50,603 nt of DNA. Origin: Lachnospiraceae bacterium (GTDB taxonomy: Bacteria; Bacillota; Clostridia; Lachnospirales; Lachnospiraceae). Made by a program: the position numbers and the translations under genes. The stretch is from contig JAZUJC010000215.1 in assembly GCA_045642625.1 (NCBI GenBank), positions 1 to 50,603 on the forward strand. The letters run 5' to 3'. This document shows positions 8,383 to 19,084 of the stretch, in pieces (within the stretch, counting starts at the first letter, position 1; every line of letters starts with the position of its first letter). A model generated the notes under the pieces. It ran no database searches. It had not been told where the DNA came from and was given only the letters and a program-made list of their open reading frames with translations.

Positions 8383-11300
8383 GTGGCGAAGATACTTCTT
8401 GCAATCCAGGTTGATGATGCGAATGCCTTCGCAGAAAAACTTGAACGAGTATCGCAGAAGAAAAATAGAGAAGATACTTTTGTAAAGGCTACTAACATGG
8501 TCCAGATACTGAACTTGTTGGAAGAAGAAAAGTATGATGCGATTATTACACAGTACCAGTTAGGTGCAGTGCCTTTCACTGCCGAAGAGATTTTCCGTAT
8601 TCAAAGAATGAACGAGAAAATGTCAGTTATTGTTGTTGTACCTGATGAAATCAAGGGCGGTACATTCCTTGCAGCGTTATTGGGTGAAAATATTTTAAAT
8701 GCAACCTTCGGTTCAGAAGCTAAACCTTCTTATTTATTAAGACTGGTTGACGAAAAGAGAACCCGACAGGATGCAAGAGCATATTATGGCATAGTTGATA
8801 ATGTTTCATCAAAGGAAGAAACAAATAATCTTCCTGCGTATGGTAATACTGCCGAGAACACGATGAAGTTAAAGCAGTATTTGTTGACTGGTGATGATAT
8901 GCCATTCAAAGAGCGACTTGACTACATTGTGTCAAAAGTGCAGATCAATGAGCTTGTAATGATGTTTCAGACACTTGAGCCTGATGTGCAGGCTCAGATT
9001 GCCGAGTATCCCGAATATGAACCATATATAAATATGGTGAGTATGAAGAAGGAGCCAAAGAAGGAAAAGAAGAAGGGTGGTCTTTTCGGTGGTCTCTTTG
9101 GTGGTAAGGCTAAGGACGAGACTAAGGACGAGGAAGAGATTAAGGAACCCGAAAAGGAAGTTAAGAAAGAGGCTCCTAAAGAAAAGCCCGTTGAAGAACC
9201 AAAACAGGAGATTAAGGAAAAGCCTGTTGAGGTCAAGGAAGAAAAGTCTAAGCCCGAAAAGAAAGACAGGATTGTTACTGATAGAAACGATTTCATGAGT
9301 GACTTCTTTGGTCTGAATAGTGCTGATACTTCTTTTAATAAGAAAGAAGAGACTAAGCCGGAACCTGTTAAGGTGGAGAAGCCCATTGAAAAGCCAGTTG
9401 AGAAACCAGTCGAATCCGGTATGAGTGATCGTGAAAAACAAAGAGCTGATGAAAAGAAGCGTCTTGAGATGGAGCGTATTGCTAAGGAAGAAAAGATTCG
9501 TGAGGATGCTCAGCGAGCAATTAAAGAGCAGGCACAGAAAAAGCTTGAAGAAGAGCGTAAGCGTGCTGAAGAGGAAAAGCAAAGACTTCTTGAGGAACAG
9601 AACGCAAAGCTTGAAGAAGAGCGTAAAGCGAGGGAAGAAGCAGAGCGTAAAGCTGAAGAAGAAAAGGCCGAGCGTGAAAAGGCTGAACTTGAGCGTAAGG
9701 CTAAGGAAGAGGCGGAGCGTAAAGCACTTGAAGAAGCTCACAAGAAGGAACTTGAAGAAAACCAGAGATTAGCTGAAGAAAAGCGTAAGAAGGTTGAGGC
9801 TGAGCTTAAGGCTATCGAGGAAGAAAAGCAGAGAGTTATTGAGCAGGCGAATAAGGCAGCTGAGGAAGAACGCAGACGTGCCGAAGCGGAAAAGCAAAAA
9901 CTTCTCAGAGAAAAAGAGAAGGAGGCTGAACAGATAAAGAAAGACCTTGAAGCTCGTGAGAGAAATCTTATCAAAGAAATGGATGATAAGGAAAGTGAGC
10001 TTATAAGGGAGCAGGAGCGTATAACAAAAGAGGCTGAAAAGAGAGCAGCCGAGCAGCAGAAGCGTTTTAGTGCCGAGCTTGAAAAAGAGCGTAGGGCAAG
10101 AGAAGAAGCTGAGCGTAGAGCTGAAACACCCGTCACTGTCATTCAGAAACAAATGATGGCAAGACGAGTTATCGGTGTGTTTGGACTTTACAAGGGTGCA
10201 GGAACAACAACTGCTGCCATTGCAGTTGCTAAAACTCTTTCACAGTATGAGCCTGTAACATATATCGAGGTGCCCGGAAACAATCATGGAGTTTTTGGTG
10301 CTTTGAATTTAGGTAAGAACATAGGACCTGATTTCAAGTCTGTTCCGCATATGATAGCTGATGGAAATATGGACTTTTCCACAGTTCAGAATATGTACGA
10401 GGACATTAACTTTTTCGTTGCCAACGATGCGTATGGAAATATAAGACTTGATGCTAATCAGGTTGCCGGAATGATAAATGGTACTTCTGATAATGTGGTG
10501 CTTGATCCTGGCTGTTCGATGGAAGAGGCAAGACGCAGTGGGCTTATGAATTTGTTTACTCAGGTCCTTATCGTGTATGACAAGGAACAGGAGGATAATT
10601 ACTTAAGCAGAATCAAGGATGAGCTTGAAATATCTTCAAACTCAACCCATGAGCCTTATCTTCTTGCATTTTCAGAAAAAGGCGGTGAGACTTCTCCTTT
10701 AGCTTCTGAGGTTCTTTATTCGTCAGCGAGAAAGCCTAAGAACTTAAATGGAATTCAGCCACTTGAATTAAAGGCTTATGATGAGCAGAAATTCCTTGAG
10801 TATTTTGGTCTTGGACAGACTAAGAAGTTAAAGAGAAAGAAGCAGTCACCCATCATCAAATTCATGGGCGTTAAGGATATTGCTGTTCTTGGTGCCGAGC
10901 GAGGTTGCGGTGTAACACATACAGCACTTATGCTTGCTGATTCTGTGAGAAGAAATTATAAGGTTGCAGTGTTAGAGCTTAATCCTACAAAGCATATGGA
11001 AAATCTTGCGAGAGAGCTTGGAAGATATGAGGAAGGCTCACAGATGCTAAAGCTCTATGGTATTGATGTGTATTTCAATATTCCATATCAGGAGTTTGCC
11101 AAGAAGTACAGAGCCAACTATCAAGTGCTTGTAATTGATTTTGGTACATACAAGAATGCAACTGATAAGGGCAAGAACGGAAGTAGTAACAGAGATGTGT
11201 TTATTAACTGCTCAAAGAAGTATGTTGTATTTGATGCTTCGCCCTGGAGACTTGCAGTACTTAATGACCTTGTGCCGAGACTTGACAACGATACTGATCC

Positions 11301-11472
11301 AGAGGGACAGATTGATTTCCTTGCACCTATGACAACCAACAAGGGACTCAAACAGTACAACCTGTATCAGAGGGTTGGCAGAAGAGAGATACACTGTATG
11401 CCTACTTGTGAAATGCCAACACAGTGCGATGCGGACACAGTGGAATTTATGAAGAAATTAGTACTTAAATAA
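8383..11472 (+). CDS. TadZ/CpaE-like protein: atypical receiver domain, long charged helix, two degenerate MinD/ParA domains
   Basis: GGAGGTGA RBS plus GTG; receiver-like N-terminus (KILLAI..YDAIIT); E/K/R-rich helix; deviant P-loops GLYKGAGTTT and GAERGCGVTH. Confidence 0.6.
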   Translation: MAKILLAIQVDDANAFAEKLERVSQKKNREDTFVKATNMVQILNLLEEEKYDAIITQYQLGAVPFTAEEIFRIQRMNEKMSVIVVVPDEIKGGTFLAALLGENILNATFGSEAKPSYLLRLVDEKRTRQDARAYYGIVDNVSSKEETNNLPAYGNTAENTMKLKQYLLTGDDMPFKERLDYIVSKVQINELVMMFQTLEPDVQAQIAEYPEYEPYINMVSMKKEPKKEKKKGGLFGGLFGGKAKDETKDEEEIKEPEKEVKKEAPKEKPVEEPKQEIKEKPVEVKEEKSKPEKKDRIVTDRNDFMSDFFGLNSADTSFNKKEETKPEPVKVEKPIEKPVEKPVESGMSDREKQRADEKKRLEMERIAKEEKIREDAQRAIKEQAQKKLEEERKRAEEEKQRLLEEQNAKLEEERKAREEAERKAEEEKAEREKAELERKAKEEAERKALEEAHKKELEENQRLAEEKRKKVEAELKAIEEEKQRVIEQANKAAEEERRRAEAEKQKLLREKEKEAEQIKKDLEARERNLIKEMDDKESELIREQERITKEAEKRAAEQQKRFSAELEKERRAREEAERRAETPVTVIQKQMMARRVIGVFGLYKGAGTTTAAIAVAKTLSQYEPVTYIEVPGNNHGVFGALNLGKNIGPDFKSVPHMIADGNMDFSTVQNMYEDINFFVANDAYGNIRLDANQVAGMINGTSDNVVLDPGCSMEEARRSGLMNLFTQVLIVYDKEQEDNYLSRIKDELEISSNSTHEPYLLAFSEKGGETSPLASEVLYSSARKPKNLNGIQPLELKAYDEQKFLEYFGLGQTKKLKRKKQSPIIKFMGVKDIAVLGAERGCGVTHTALMLADSVRRNYKVAVLELNPTKHMENLARELGRYEEGSQMLKLYGIDVYFNIPYQEFAKKYRANYQVLVIDFGTYKNATDKGKNGSSNRDVFINCSKKYVVFDASPWRLAVLNDLVPRLDNDTDPEGQIDFLAPMTTNKGLKQYNLYQRVGRREIHCMPTCEMPTQCDADTVEFMKKLVLK

Positions 11473-11588
11473 TGATATTTTAGAGCAGTTTCTACTTATT
11501 ATAAATACTTATAAGTAACTGCCTAACATATATAAATTAAAAATGGGAGAGATTTCCCATAAAAATACAAATTGGAGGATTAATTAAG

Positions 11589-12554
11589 ATGAGTACAAGA
11601 AAAGGCAAGAGTGCATTGGCAACCATCCTTTGTGTAATCATTATCTTGGGTTGTGTAGGTTTCTGTGTATGGTTCTTCTTAACAACAAAGGAGAATCTTA
11701 AGAATGACTACGAGCAGCAGATTAGTGAATTGCAGATGAAGATTGCCGGAAAGACACGAATGGTTTATGTGGCAAAAGAGGGTATCCGTTCAGGTGTTAT
11801 GATTTCAAGAGATTTATTTGATGTCAAGGAAGTTTTAACCGATGCTGCGGACTACATTACTGATGATGATTTTGGAAAGACAATGCTTGTTGATGTATCT
11901 GCCGGAACGGAAATGAAGAAGTCTTTTGTTTCTGGCGAGGTTATTGATACAGAGCTTCGTGAAGTTGAGTACAGCTACATTGAGGTTACTTCAAATGTAA
12001 ATACTGGTGATTATGTTGATGTTCGTATTATGATGCCTGATGGCTCAGACTATATCGTTGCATCCAAGAAGCAGATTAAGGCACTTAATGAGACAAAGCT
12101 TGTGTGTGACCTTTGGATGAGTGAGGAAGAAATTCTTTTGATGGATTCTGCTGCCGTAGATGCATACCTTTATAGAAACATCGAAGAAAGAGTTATGGAT
12201 GCAAGAATCTATGTTACAAAGTACATTATGCCTACTGTTCAGGGTGCCTCAATTCCTAACTACGCACCTTCAGAGGCGGTTGCTGCTTTAATTGCTGAGA
12301 ACCCTAACATTGCACAGATTGCAAGTCAGTACCTTTCAAGTGAGTTAAGACAGCAGAGACACGCACAGCTTAATGATTACTTGCCTAAGAGTAATGAGGG
12401 CCTTACATGGTATGATTCAACAGGACGTTATCTTGGTCATGCTACACAGGCAGAGGTTATGGGTAATGACATCGTTAACCATACCGGCTCAATTGCTGGT
12501 TCAGAACTTCCTTCTGAGTACGGAGTTGGTCTTTGGGATGATTTAGAAAAGTAA
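11589..12554 (+). CDS. cpaB: CpaB/RcpC-like SAF-domain pilus assembly protein
   Basis: N-terminal TM, VYVAKEGIRSGVMIS (SAF), NTGDYVDVRI (RcpC-like); context upstream of TadA. Confidence 0.75.
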   Translation: MSTRKGKSALATILCVIIILGCVGFCVWFFLTTKENLKNDYEQQISELQMKIAGKTRMVYVAKEGIRSGVMISRDLFDVKEVLTDAADYITDDDFGKTMLVDVSAGTEMKKSFVSGEVIDTELREVEYSYIEVTSNVNTGDYVDVRIMMPDGSDYIVASKKQIKALNETKLVCDLWMSEEEILLMDSAAVDAYLYRNIEERVMDARIYVTKYIMPTVQGASIPNYAPSEAVAALIAENPNIAQIASQYLSSELRQQRHAQLNDYLPKSNEGLTWYDSTGRYLGHATQAEVMGNDIVNHTGSIAGSELPSEYGVGLWDDLEK

Positions 12555-12577
12555 TTTACAAAGGAGAGGTAAACAAT

Positions 12578-13234
12578 ATGTTGGATATAAATATTATGGG
12601 CGTACAGATGAATGATACTGTACTTTATCTCTCACGTATTCTTAACAAGCTTTCAAAGGGTTCTGTAATTATTCGTGACTATACACGAAACCACGAACTC
12701 TATTCATGTGTTCCCGCTGTTGCCGGGATTGATCCTGCCGAGGATATAATTGATTATGCAGGTATTGGTTATACTTTCTCAAATGCAACTTCTGAGAAAT
12801 ATGACACCTGTATTCGTCTTTATGATATCGACAGAATGCCCGATTACGAGGATGCGACAACTCTTATTATTGCTGATGAGAGCAAGCGAGTGTCTGATGC
12901 ACTTAATGCAATGGACTGGTCTGATTTTCTCGATGAAGGAACAAAGATAATGCTTCTTGTAAAGCATTATACCGGAGTGGTGCGTAAGCAGTACGATCCG
13001 CTTGTAAAGAATGCAAATATCAAGCATAAGTTTCAGATTCCGATGAATGCTCACGATGTTAAGTGTGGCATTCTTGCGGAGCATAATGAGAAGTATGTAT
13101 TTAATTCAATTTCCACACAGTTTCAGGAGGCTTTAATGGATATAACAAGAGTTATCAGAAGTGATCTTGAAATGACCATTAAGGAGTCCGAGAAACTGTT
13201 TAAAGAAGTATCGAAGGGGGCGTTTAAAAAATGA
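12578..13234 (+). CDS. Tad-locus protein, probable degenerate ParA/MinD fold
   Basis: INIMG..DTVLYLSRIL..SVIIRD resembles an eroded ParA N-terminus; ATGA overlap with next gene. Confidence 0.45.
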   Translation: MLDINIMGVQMNDTVLYLSRILNKLSKGSVIIRDYTRNHELYSCVPAVAGIDPAEDIIDYAGIGYTFSNATSEKYDTCIRLYDIDRMPDYEDATTLIIADESKRVSDALNAMDWSDFLDEGTKIMLLVKHYTGVVRKQYDPLVKNANIKHKFQIPMNAHDVKCGILAEHNEKYVFNSISTQFQEALMDITRVIRSDLEMTIKESEKLFKEVSKGAFKK

Positions 13235-14028
13235 AAATAGGTTTTTGGTCTCCTTATCATGGCACTGGAGCAACAGCTAATATGCTTGCCCTTGCTGTAG
13301 CAATGGCAGAGAAGATGGATAAGCGCATACTGGTTACTCAGACACACTATATGATGAATAACCTCGAAAAGCCTCTTCTTGGAACTATTGAGAATGATGA
13401 GCAGTTTTATCGTGATACAGGTCTTGATGCGATTATGAGGTATTTCAAGTCGGGACAGCTCACCGAGGAACAGATTGATAACTGCTCAATCAAGATTAAC
13501 AGTAATTTATACCTTCTTGCTGGAACAAAAATGTCACAGAAAGAGTCTTATGAGAATAAGATTGTTCAGGAGATGGTAACTCATGTAATTGATATTGTTC
13601 AAAAGTATTATGATATATGTTTCATTGATACAAATGCCGGAACCAATGAACAGACTATGGCGGTAATCAACGAGTGTGACCTTGTGGTTGTTACTGTTCG
13701 TCAGCATAAGGATATGCTTGATTCGGTTTTTGCGAATGATATGCTGAAGAATAAGAAAGTATTTTATCTCTTTGGTAGCTATGATGATAATTCAAAGTAC
13801 AATCTTGCTAACTTGCGTAAGGCATACAGCAAGAACATGAACAAGTTTAATTCAGGCGGTATTCCTCATTCGACAGAATATATGGATGCCATCTGTGATA
13901 ACCGAATCCTCAAATTCATCACATCTAATCTTGAAGCGGATGAAGATTCTGCCAACTTTGAGTTTTTCGAAATGCTTAGAGAGGCAGCAGCGGGAATCTT
14001 AACTCTTGCGGAAAAAAAGAATAAATAA
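13231..14028 (+). CDS. ParA/MinD/CpaE-like protein
   Basis: KIGFWSPYHGTGATAN deviant P-loop; NLYLLAG; YDICFIDTNAG. Confidence 0.75.
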   Translation: MKIGFWSPYHGTGATANMLALAVAMAEKMDKRILVTQTHYMMNNLEKPLLGTIENDEQFYRDTGLDAIMRYFKSGQLTEEQIDNCSIKINSNLYLLAGTKMSQKESYENKIVQEMVTHVIDIVQKYYDICFIDTNAGTNEQTMAVINECDLVVVTVRQHKDMLDSVFANDMLKNKKVFYLFGSYDDNSKYNLANLRKAYSKNMNKFNSGGIPHSTEYMDAICDNRILKFITSNLEADEDSANFEFFEMLREAAAGILTLAEKKNK

Positions 14029-14049
14029 GGAAGGAGAATAAATAAAATT

Positions 14050-16017
14050 ATGATACCTGTTATTATTTTGGCAGTTGTGCTTTTGATAGTGGTACTTATG
14101 CTTGTATTCTCTGACCGTGCTATCCGTAAGAGAAAGGATATGAAGAGCTGGCAGAAGGATCATTTCAAGTTTGATGCACTTTGTAGAACAGCAAAGGAAA
14201 GTATCAATGACGTCCTTAATATGGACTTCGATGAAATGTATAGTCTTAACCAGGAAGAGCGTATTAAGAGAGAAAGGCAGCAGAGCAGACTTAGACGAGC
14301 TACAAGAGAGGCTTGTTCGGGTGACTCTGGTGATAGAGATTTCCTTAAGGACTATATCAAGGACCTGTTACAGAAACAGCTTGGTATTGACAAGGTTACT
14401 ATCAATAATGTTATTCCTTTCTCAAATTCAGATGCAATGACTGCGGTTGAGAAATACGAATATATGTATACCATGTATAAGTCAAGATACCATTTCAGAG
14501 TTTTCTCATACATGGAAAAGGACTTTGGTTGGCTTAATCAGAAGGATCGCGGAAACGGCACATTCATTTATGAAATCAATGAGGACGATATCAATCGTGC
14601 TTATGATGAGTGCCAGTACACAGGCGATTTTGACGATCAGCTTGAAACACTGGTACAGAGAGTATTTGAAACACTTTACGGAAACGATGTTGCCGACCTT
14701 ATGATTATTGATGAATCATTCGATGGTGTATCCGGTGGTGTCGGTGGTGTTACCAGAGCTAATTATAACTATATTGACGAGTTGAGCAAGCTGCACGATA
14801 AGTACTCAATGCCTTCTCGTCCTTATGAGACCATTTATTGTGTTTATCATGGTCGTACAATCCGTCTTAAGTTCCTTTCATTCCGAAGTGAAGAGGTATT
14901 AAGAAGCGTTGTTAAAAAGGTATATTCATACGATGTTAAAACAGTTCTTTCAAAGCTCCATCCTGTACTTCATGGAACAATGAAGAACAATTCTCGTGTA
15001 GTTGTAGCGAGACCTCCTGTGTCAGATTCTTGGGTATTCTATATCCGTAAGTTTGAATCTGCTGACGCAAAGGATATTACAACACTTGTTACACATCAGG
15101 GACGAGGTATTGTTATTGAAATGCTGAGAGCCATTACCCAGGGCGAAGTAAACTTCGTTGTTTCAGGTGAAATGGGTTCAGGTAAGACTACAATGATTAA
15201 GGCATTGGTAGGTTTCATGAATCCTCTTTATACAATCCGTACCGCCGAGACTTCATTCGAGTTATCACTTAACAATATGTACCCTGAGAGAAACGTACAT
15301 GCAATGCAGGAATCAACTGGTGGACAGAATGAAGTATCAATTTATGACATTCTTACTGCCACCAAGAAGATGGACTCTGATATCGTAGTAATCGGTGAGG
15401 TTAATGCTCCTAAGATTGCAGGTGCGTATGTGCAGGTTGCCCAGTCTGGTTCAAAGGCTGCTATTACAACACTGCACCACAGAACAACTGAAGCACTTAT
15501 TGAGTACCTTACAAATGCCCTTGTTGGTGAACTTGGTGTAACTGAAAAGATTGCTGAAAAGGAAATCGTTGGAATTCTTAACTTTGATGTTCATACAAAG
15601 AAAGACCTTGAAGGTAACTTCTATATTGAACGAATCACTGAGGTTATTCCTGCTGAAAAGAGTGATTATCCTATTGATATGAATGAGGCCAGAAGAGAGT
15701 TCTATCGTAGACAGACCGACCGCCATTCATACCAGCTTAATAACATCATCGTATTTAACAGAGATAAGATGGGTTATGATGTTAAGAATAATATCTCTAG
15801 TTACACATACGAGCTTCTTGCAATGAAGCTTGGCTATGAACAGGCTAACCAGATTATTTATGAGCTTGAAGAGGCGAAGAAGGGTGCAAACTTTGACCAC
15901 CTTTATGAGCGAGGTGTTGTTGTGGTTAAGGATGTACTTGAAAGCAGTGACGATAGCTATGATGAGTATGGTGATGAGTACGGGGACGATGATGATGCAC
16001 CTCTGTTTAATAACTAA
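14050..16017 (+). CDS. tadA: TadA/CpaF pilus assembly ATPase
   Basis: Walker A GEMGSGKTT, Asp box ETSFEL, Walker B IVVIGEV, His box TTLH; IRKF motif. Confidence 0.9.
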   Translation: MIPVIILAVVLLIVVLMLVFSDRAIRKRKDMKSWQKDHFKFDALCRTAKESINDVLNMDFDEMYSLNQEERIKRERQQSRLRRATREACSGDSGDRDFLKDYIKDLLQKQLGIDKVTINNVIPFSNSDAMTAVEKYEYMYTMYKSRYHFRVFSYMEKDFGWLNQKDRGNGTFIYEINEDDINRAYDECQYTGDFDDQLETLVQRVFETLYGNDVADLMIIDESFDGVSGGVGGVTRANYNYIDELSKLHDKYSMPSRPYETIYCVYHGRTIRLKFLSFRSEEVLRSVVKKVYSYDVKTVLSKLHPVLHGTMKNNSRVVVARPPVSDSWVFYIRKFESADAKDITTLVTHQGRGIVIEMLRAITQGEVNFVVSGEMGSGKTTMIKALVGFMNPLYTIRTAETSFELSLNNMYPERNVHAMQESTGGQNEVSIYDILTATKKMDSDIVVIGEVNAPKIAGAYVQVAQSGSKAAITTLHHRTTEALIEYLTNALVGELGVTEKIAEKEIVGILNFDVHTKKDLEGNFYIERITEVIPAEKSDYPIDMNEARREFYRRQTDRHSYQLNNIIVFNRDKMGYDVKNNISSYTYELLAMKLGYEQANQIIYELEEAKKGANFDHLYERGVVVVKDVLESSDDSYDEYGDEYGDDDDAPLFNN

Positions 16018-16031
16018 GGAGGTGAGCACTT

Positions 16032-18071
16032 ATGTCTAATGATGTACTGCTTATTATAATGGGTGTTGGCGGTGTCGGTGCCGTAGTGCTTATTATAATG
16101 GCCATTGTGATAAACAATAGTAAGAAGAAGGAATTAAGTGCTCAGGGAGTTTTTGTGAGCAAGAAGTCAAGCAAGCGTGGCTTGTTTGCCGGTGTTTATT
16201 ATGTTCTTGAGGCAATTCCTTTCACAAGACGATTTGTAAGGGCAATGGGAAGAAGATACGAGATAATGTATCCCGGTGATCGTGCGAAGAGCACTGCCGA
16301 TACAATGAAACTTCTCGTAAAAATCTTCATTATGGGTGTTATATGCCTGATTGTTATTTTTGGTCTCAATCCCGGTGTTTACACTTTCCTTACTGCTTTA
16401 TTTATGATTTATGTGTTTGGTATGGAGTTTAGCTGTTCGGCTGCTACCAACATGGAATTAAAATTTTTAGATGCGTTTGACCAGTTTTTATCTCAGGTAA
16501 AGCATAATTTCTTCAAGACACACTCTACAAAGGCGGCTATTGACCTTGCAAGAGAGGACTGTAAAAGAATTATGCGTGGTCATGCGGAACAGATGTATAA
16601 CGTCATGGACGCAGCAGACGGAGACCTTGCGATGCGAGAATATATGTCACAGGGTTACAGCAAGTTTTTGAAGCTTTTCCTTTTGCTTGCCTTCACAGTT
16701 GAGGAAAATGGTGACTCTACTCTTGATGATGGTTCATCGGCATTCCTTAACTCAATTCAGCAGTTGCGTTCTGACATTCAGGCAGAAAAGAGATACATCC
16801 AGAAGAGAGGAGATAAGTTTAAGAGCTTAACTCTTACAGCTTCAATTCCTCTTGTGGCAGTTCCGTACATTGCCTGGTGGGGACAGGACACAATTCCTTC
16901 GCTTGTTAATTTTTACAGCGGACATACAGGCTTTATCTTAAAATGCGCTCTCATGTGCATTTCCATTGTGAGCTTTAATGTTTTAACTCGACTGCGTGAG
17001 GGTGATCGTCTTGATAAAAAGACTTATCCTTTTGTCGAGAGACTTGCAAGCCTTTTCCCTTTTAATAAGATACTTAACGGACTTATTAAGAGAAACTATG
17101 CAAAGAGCTTAAAGGTTGGTGATACCTTAAAGAGACTTTGCGAGAAATATACTGTACGAACATTCTATATGCTCAAGTGCTGCTACTTCGCGGTAGGAAT
17201 CGTAGTAATGGTAGTATTACTGTCATTTGGTCATATTGAAAGCCGTCATATCCTTTTGACTGATATATCAGACCTTTCAAATATCAGCACAAGTGCTGAT
17301 GGAAGACAGATTCAGGCTATGGAGAGGGTTGTTCCCCAGTATACACAGTGGATAATACAAGAAAACTTCCAGCTTGATCCTCAGTTTGAGATGCAGCTTG
17401 AAGCGTTAATCAGAAATGAGCAGGGAATCAGAACGGATGCTGTTGCTCATGTGGCAACTGTTGAAATCCTTACACGAGTAAAGAATTACCGAGGTGAAGT
17501 TTTTGGATGGCTTGATTGCGTGGTTACATTCTTTGGTGCGTTACTTGCGTACTGGTATCCAAGCCTTATGCTTTCATTCAGAAAAGCACTTACGGATAAT
17601 AAGATGGAAGACGAGGTAATGCAGTTCCAGAGCCTTTTGTATATCTTACGTGAGGTTCCCGGAATGAGCCCCATGCGACTTCTTGAGCAGATGGAATCAT
17701 TTGCCGAGATATTCAAGCCTGCGTTGCAGCACTGCCTGAATAACTTCAATGTAAATGATAAGAAAGCCCTTGAAGATATGTATATGGAGGAAAATTATCC
17801 TGCTTTCAGACGAATAGTTGACTGTTTCCTTATGGTTGATGATATGGGTATCATCAATGCCTTTAACGAAATCGCAAGTGAAATCACTTCATTTAAGGAG
17901 AACAGAGAACTTGAGAGAGAATTGCAGCTTAACAAAGAAGGTACTCTTGCAACGATTATTGGTGTAATACCCGGAGGTCTTATTCTTGGTGGATACCTTC
18001 TTGCTCCTTTCCTTATTCGTTCTGTTGCTATTTTCAATTCGTACAACGCAGATGTATCAACCCTCGTATAA
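16032..18071 (+). CDS. Fused TadB/TadC-like membrane platform protein
   Basis: Two T2SSF-like halves with TM clusters (FLDAFDQFLSQV; EDEVMQFQSLL); follows TadA. Confidence 0.7.
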   Translation: MSNDVLLIIMGVGGVGAVVLIIMAIVINNSKKKELSAQGVFVSKKSSKRGLFAGVYYVLEAIPFTRRFVRAMGRRYEIMYPGDRAKSTADTMKLLVKIFIMGVICLIVIFGLNPGVYTFLTALFMIYVFGMEFSCSAATNMELKFLDAFDQFLSQVKHNFFKTHSTKAAIDLAREDCKRIMRGHAEQMYNVMDAADGDLAMREYMSQGYSKFLKLFLLLAFTVEENGDSTLDDGSSAFLNSIQQLRSDIQAEKRYIQKRGDKFKSLTLTASIPLVAVPYIAWWGQDTIPSLVNFYSGHTGFILKCALMCISIVSFNVLTRLREGDRLDKKTYPFVERLASLFPFNKILNGLIKRNYAKSLKVGDTLKRLCEKYTVRTFYMLKCCYFAVGIVVMVVLLSFGHIESRHILLTDISDLSNISTSADGRQIQAMERVVPQYTQWIIQENFQLDPQFEMQLEALIRNEQGIRTDAVAHVATVEILTRVKNYRGEVFGWLDCVVTFFGALLAYWYPSLMLSFRKALTDNKMEDEVMQFQSLLYILREVPGMSPMRLLEQMESFAEIFKPALQHCLNNFNVNDKKALEDMYMEENYPAFRRIVDCFLMVDDMGIINAFNEIASEITSFKENRELERELQLNKEGTLATIIGVIPGGLILGGYLLAPFLIRSVAIFNSYNADVSTLV

Positions 18072-18086
18072 GGAGAGAGTATTATT

Positions 18087-18527
18087 ATGGCTGTTAGTCA
18101 CAGAAATGATGATCCTGAGAAGGATAAATTCCTGTCTCAGACAACCATCCTGCTTTTAGTTGGTATGTGTGTATTGGTGGTTGTCGGTGCGATAATCACC
18201 AATACGATTATGAATCGAAGCAATGAACAGTCCGTTGATTTGTACTGGCGTAATCCAATGCTCACATTTAATGCGAGTGAGATGAATGGCAGCACAGTAA
18301 TTACTGCAATACAGAGCTTGAAAGACTGTAGCGTGGAAATAGTTGTTGAGACAAAAGACGGATTCGTTGCGACATATAATTACTTGGTTTCGGAGTTTGT
18401 ACCTACATACACCTCAAAAGGCATTGATGAGCCGGGCTATATAAACCCTAATGCTTCTTTCAGTGTTGAGGGTGGTATCCCTGATAAAGACGGGAAGGTA
18501 CGAAAAGTAATATTACACCAAAAGTGA
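18087..18527 (+). CDS. Pilin-like protein (minor)
   Basis: N-terminal TM; shares G-S/A-x-V and YINP..F...G.V motifs with downstream pilins. Confidence 0.65.
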   Translation: MAVSHRNDDPEKDKFLSQTTILLLVGMCVLVVVGAIITNTIMNRSNEQSVDLYWRNPMLTFNASEMNGSTVITAIQSLKDCSVEIVVETKDGFVATYNYLVSEFVPTYTSKGIDEPGYINPNASFSVEGGIPDKDGKVRKVILHQK

Positions 18528-18545
18528 TAAGGAAAGGAGGCATAA

Positions 18546-18986
18546 ATGAGGAATCGAAGAAATGCGTTGGAACTTCCTGCTCAGGCACTTTTGCTTGCAG
18601 CAAGTGTTCTTATTACGGTAGTTATTATTTCCATTCTTTTCGTTAACTTCAGGTCAGCCAGCCAGTTGTCAAGTGCAGCCGGTGAGCAGATTGTTGATAT
18701 GACTGATGATATTAAGAATAATGCGGTCATGCAGTATGATGGATTGGAAGTTACGGGAGCTGATGTTGTTAATTTTTACAAGAAGCACTTAGGCGATTAC
18801 AAGGCTGGTCAAACAGGTCCTTTTACTGTTACGATTGGAGGCACTTCCTATACAAATGGTGCGAGCCTTTCATCACTTAGGGATTCATCAAGTGCAAGTT
18901 ATGTCAAGCCTACGGCAAGATATAAATGTACTGTCAACAAAAATGCGAATGGAGTAATTTCAAGCGTAACCTTTACCAAGAAGTAA
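18546..18986 (+). CDS. Pilin-like protein
   Basis: N-terminal TM; YDGLEVTGADV and YVKPTARY..NANGVISSVTF motifs paralogous to 19085 and 19556. Confidence 0.7.
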   Translation: MRNRRNALELPAQALLLAASVLITVVIISILFVNFRSASQLSSAAGEQIVDMTDDIKNNAVMQYDGLEVTGADVVNFYKKHLGDYKAGQTGPFTVTIGGTSYTNGASLSSLRDSSSASYVKPTARYKCTVNKNANGVISSVTFTKK

Positions 18987-19084
18987 AAAAGGTATCTGAC
19001 GCTAATTAAAAAGGTGGCAAGAGGCGTGTGTCTGCCTTTGAAGACACAGAAACTTATATTTTATAAAGGAGAAATTTAAGAATT

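Noticed and set aside
8932-10152. Long minus-strand ORFs (269, 134, 130, 127 aa)
   Set aside because: Shadows of the E/K-rich + strand gene; F/L/S-biased with no RBS
11485-11515. TACTTATAAG upstream of cpaB as another copy of the 37-bp motif
   Set aside because: Only the 3' part matches; no GCAACTTT at the right spacing
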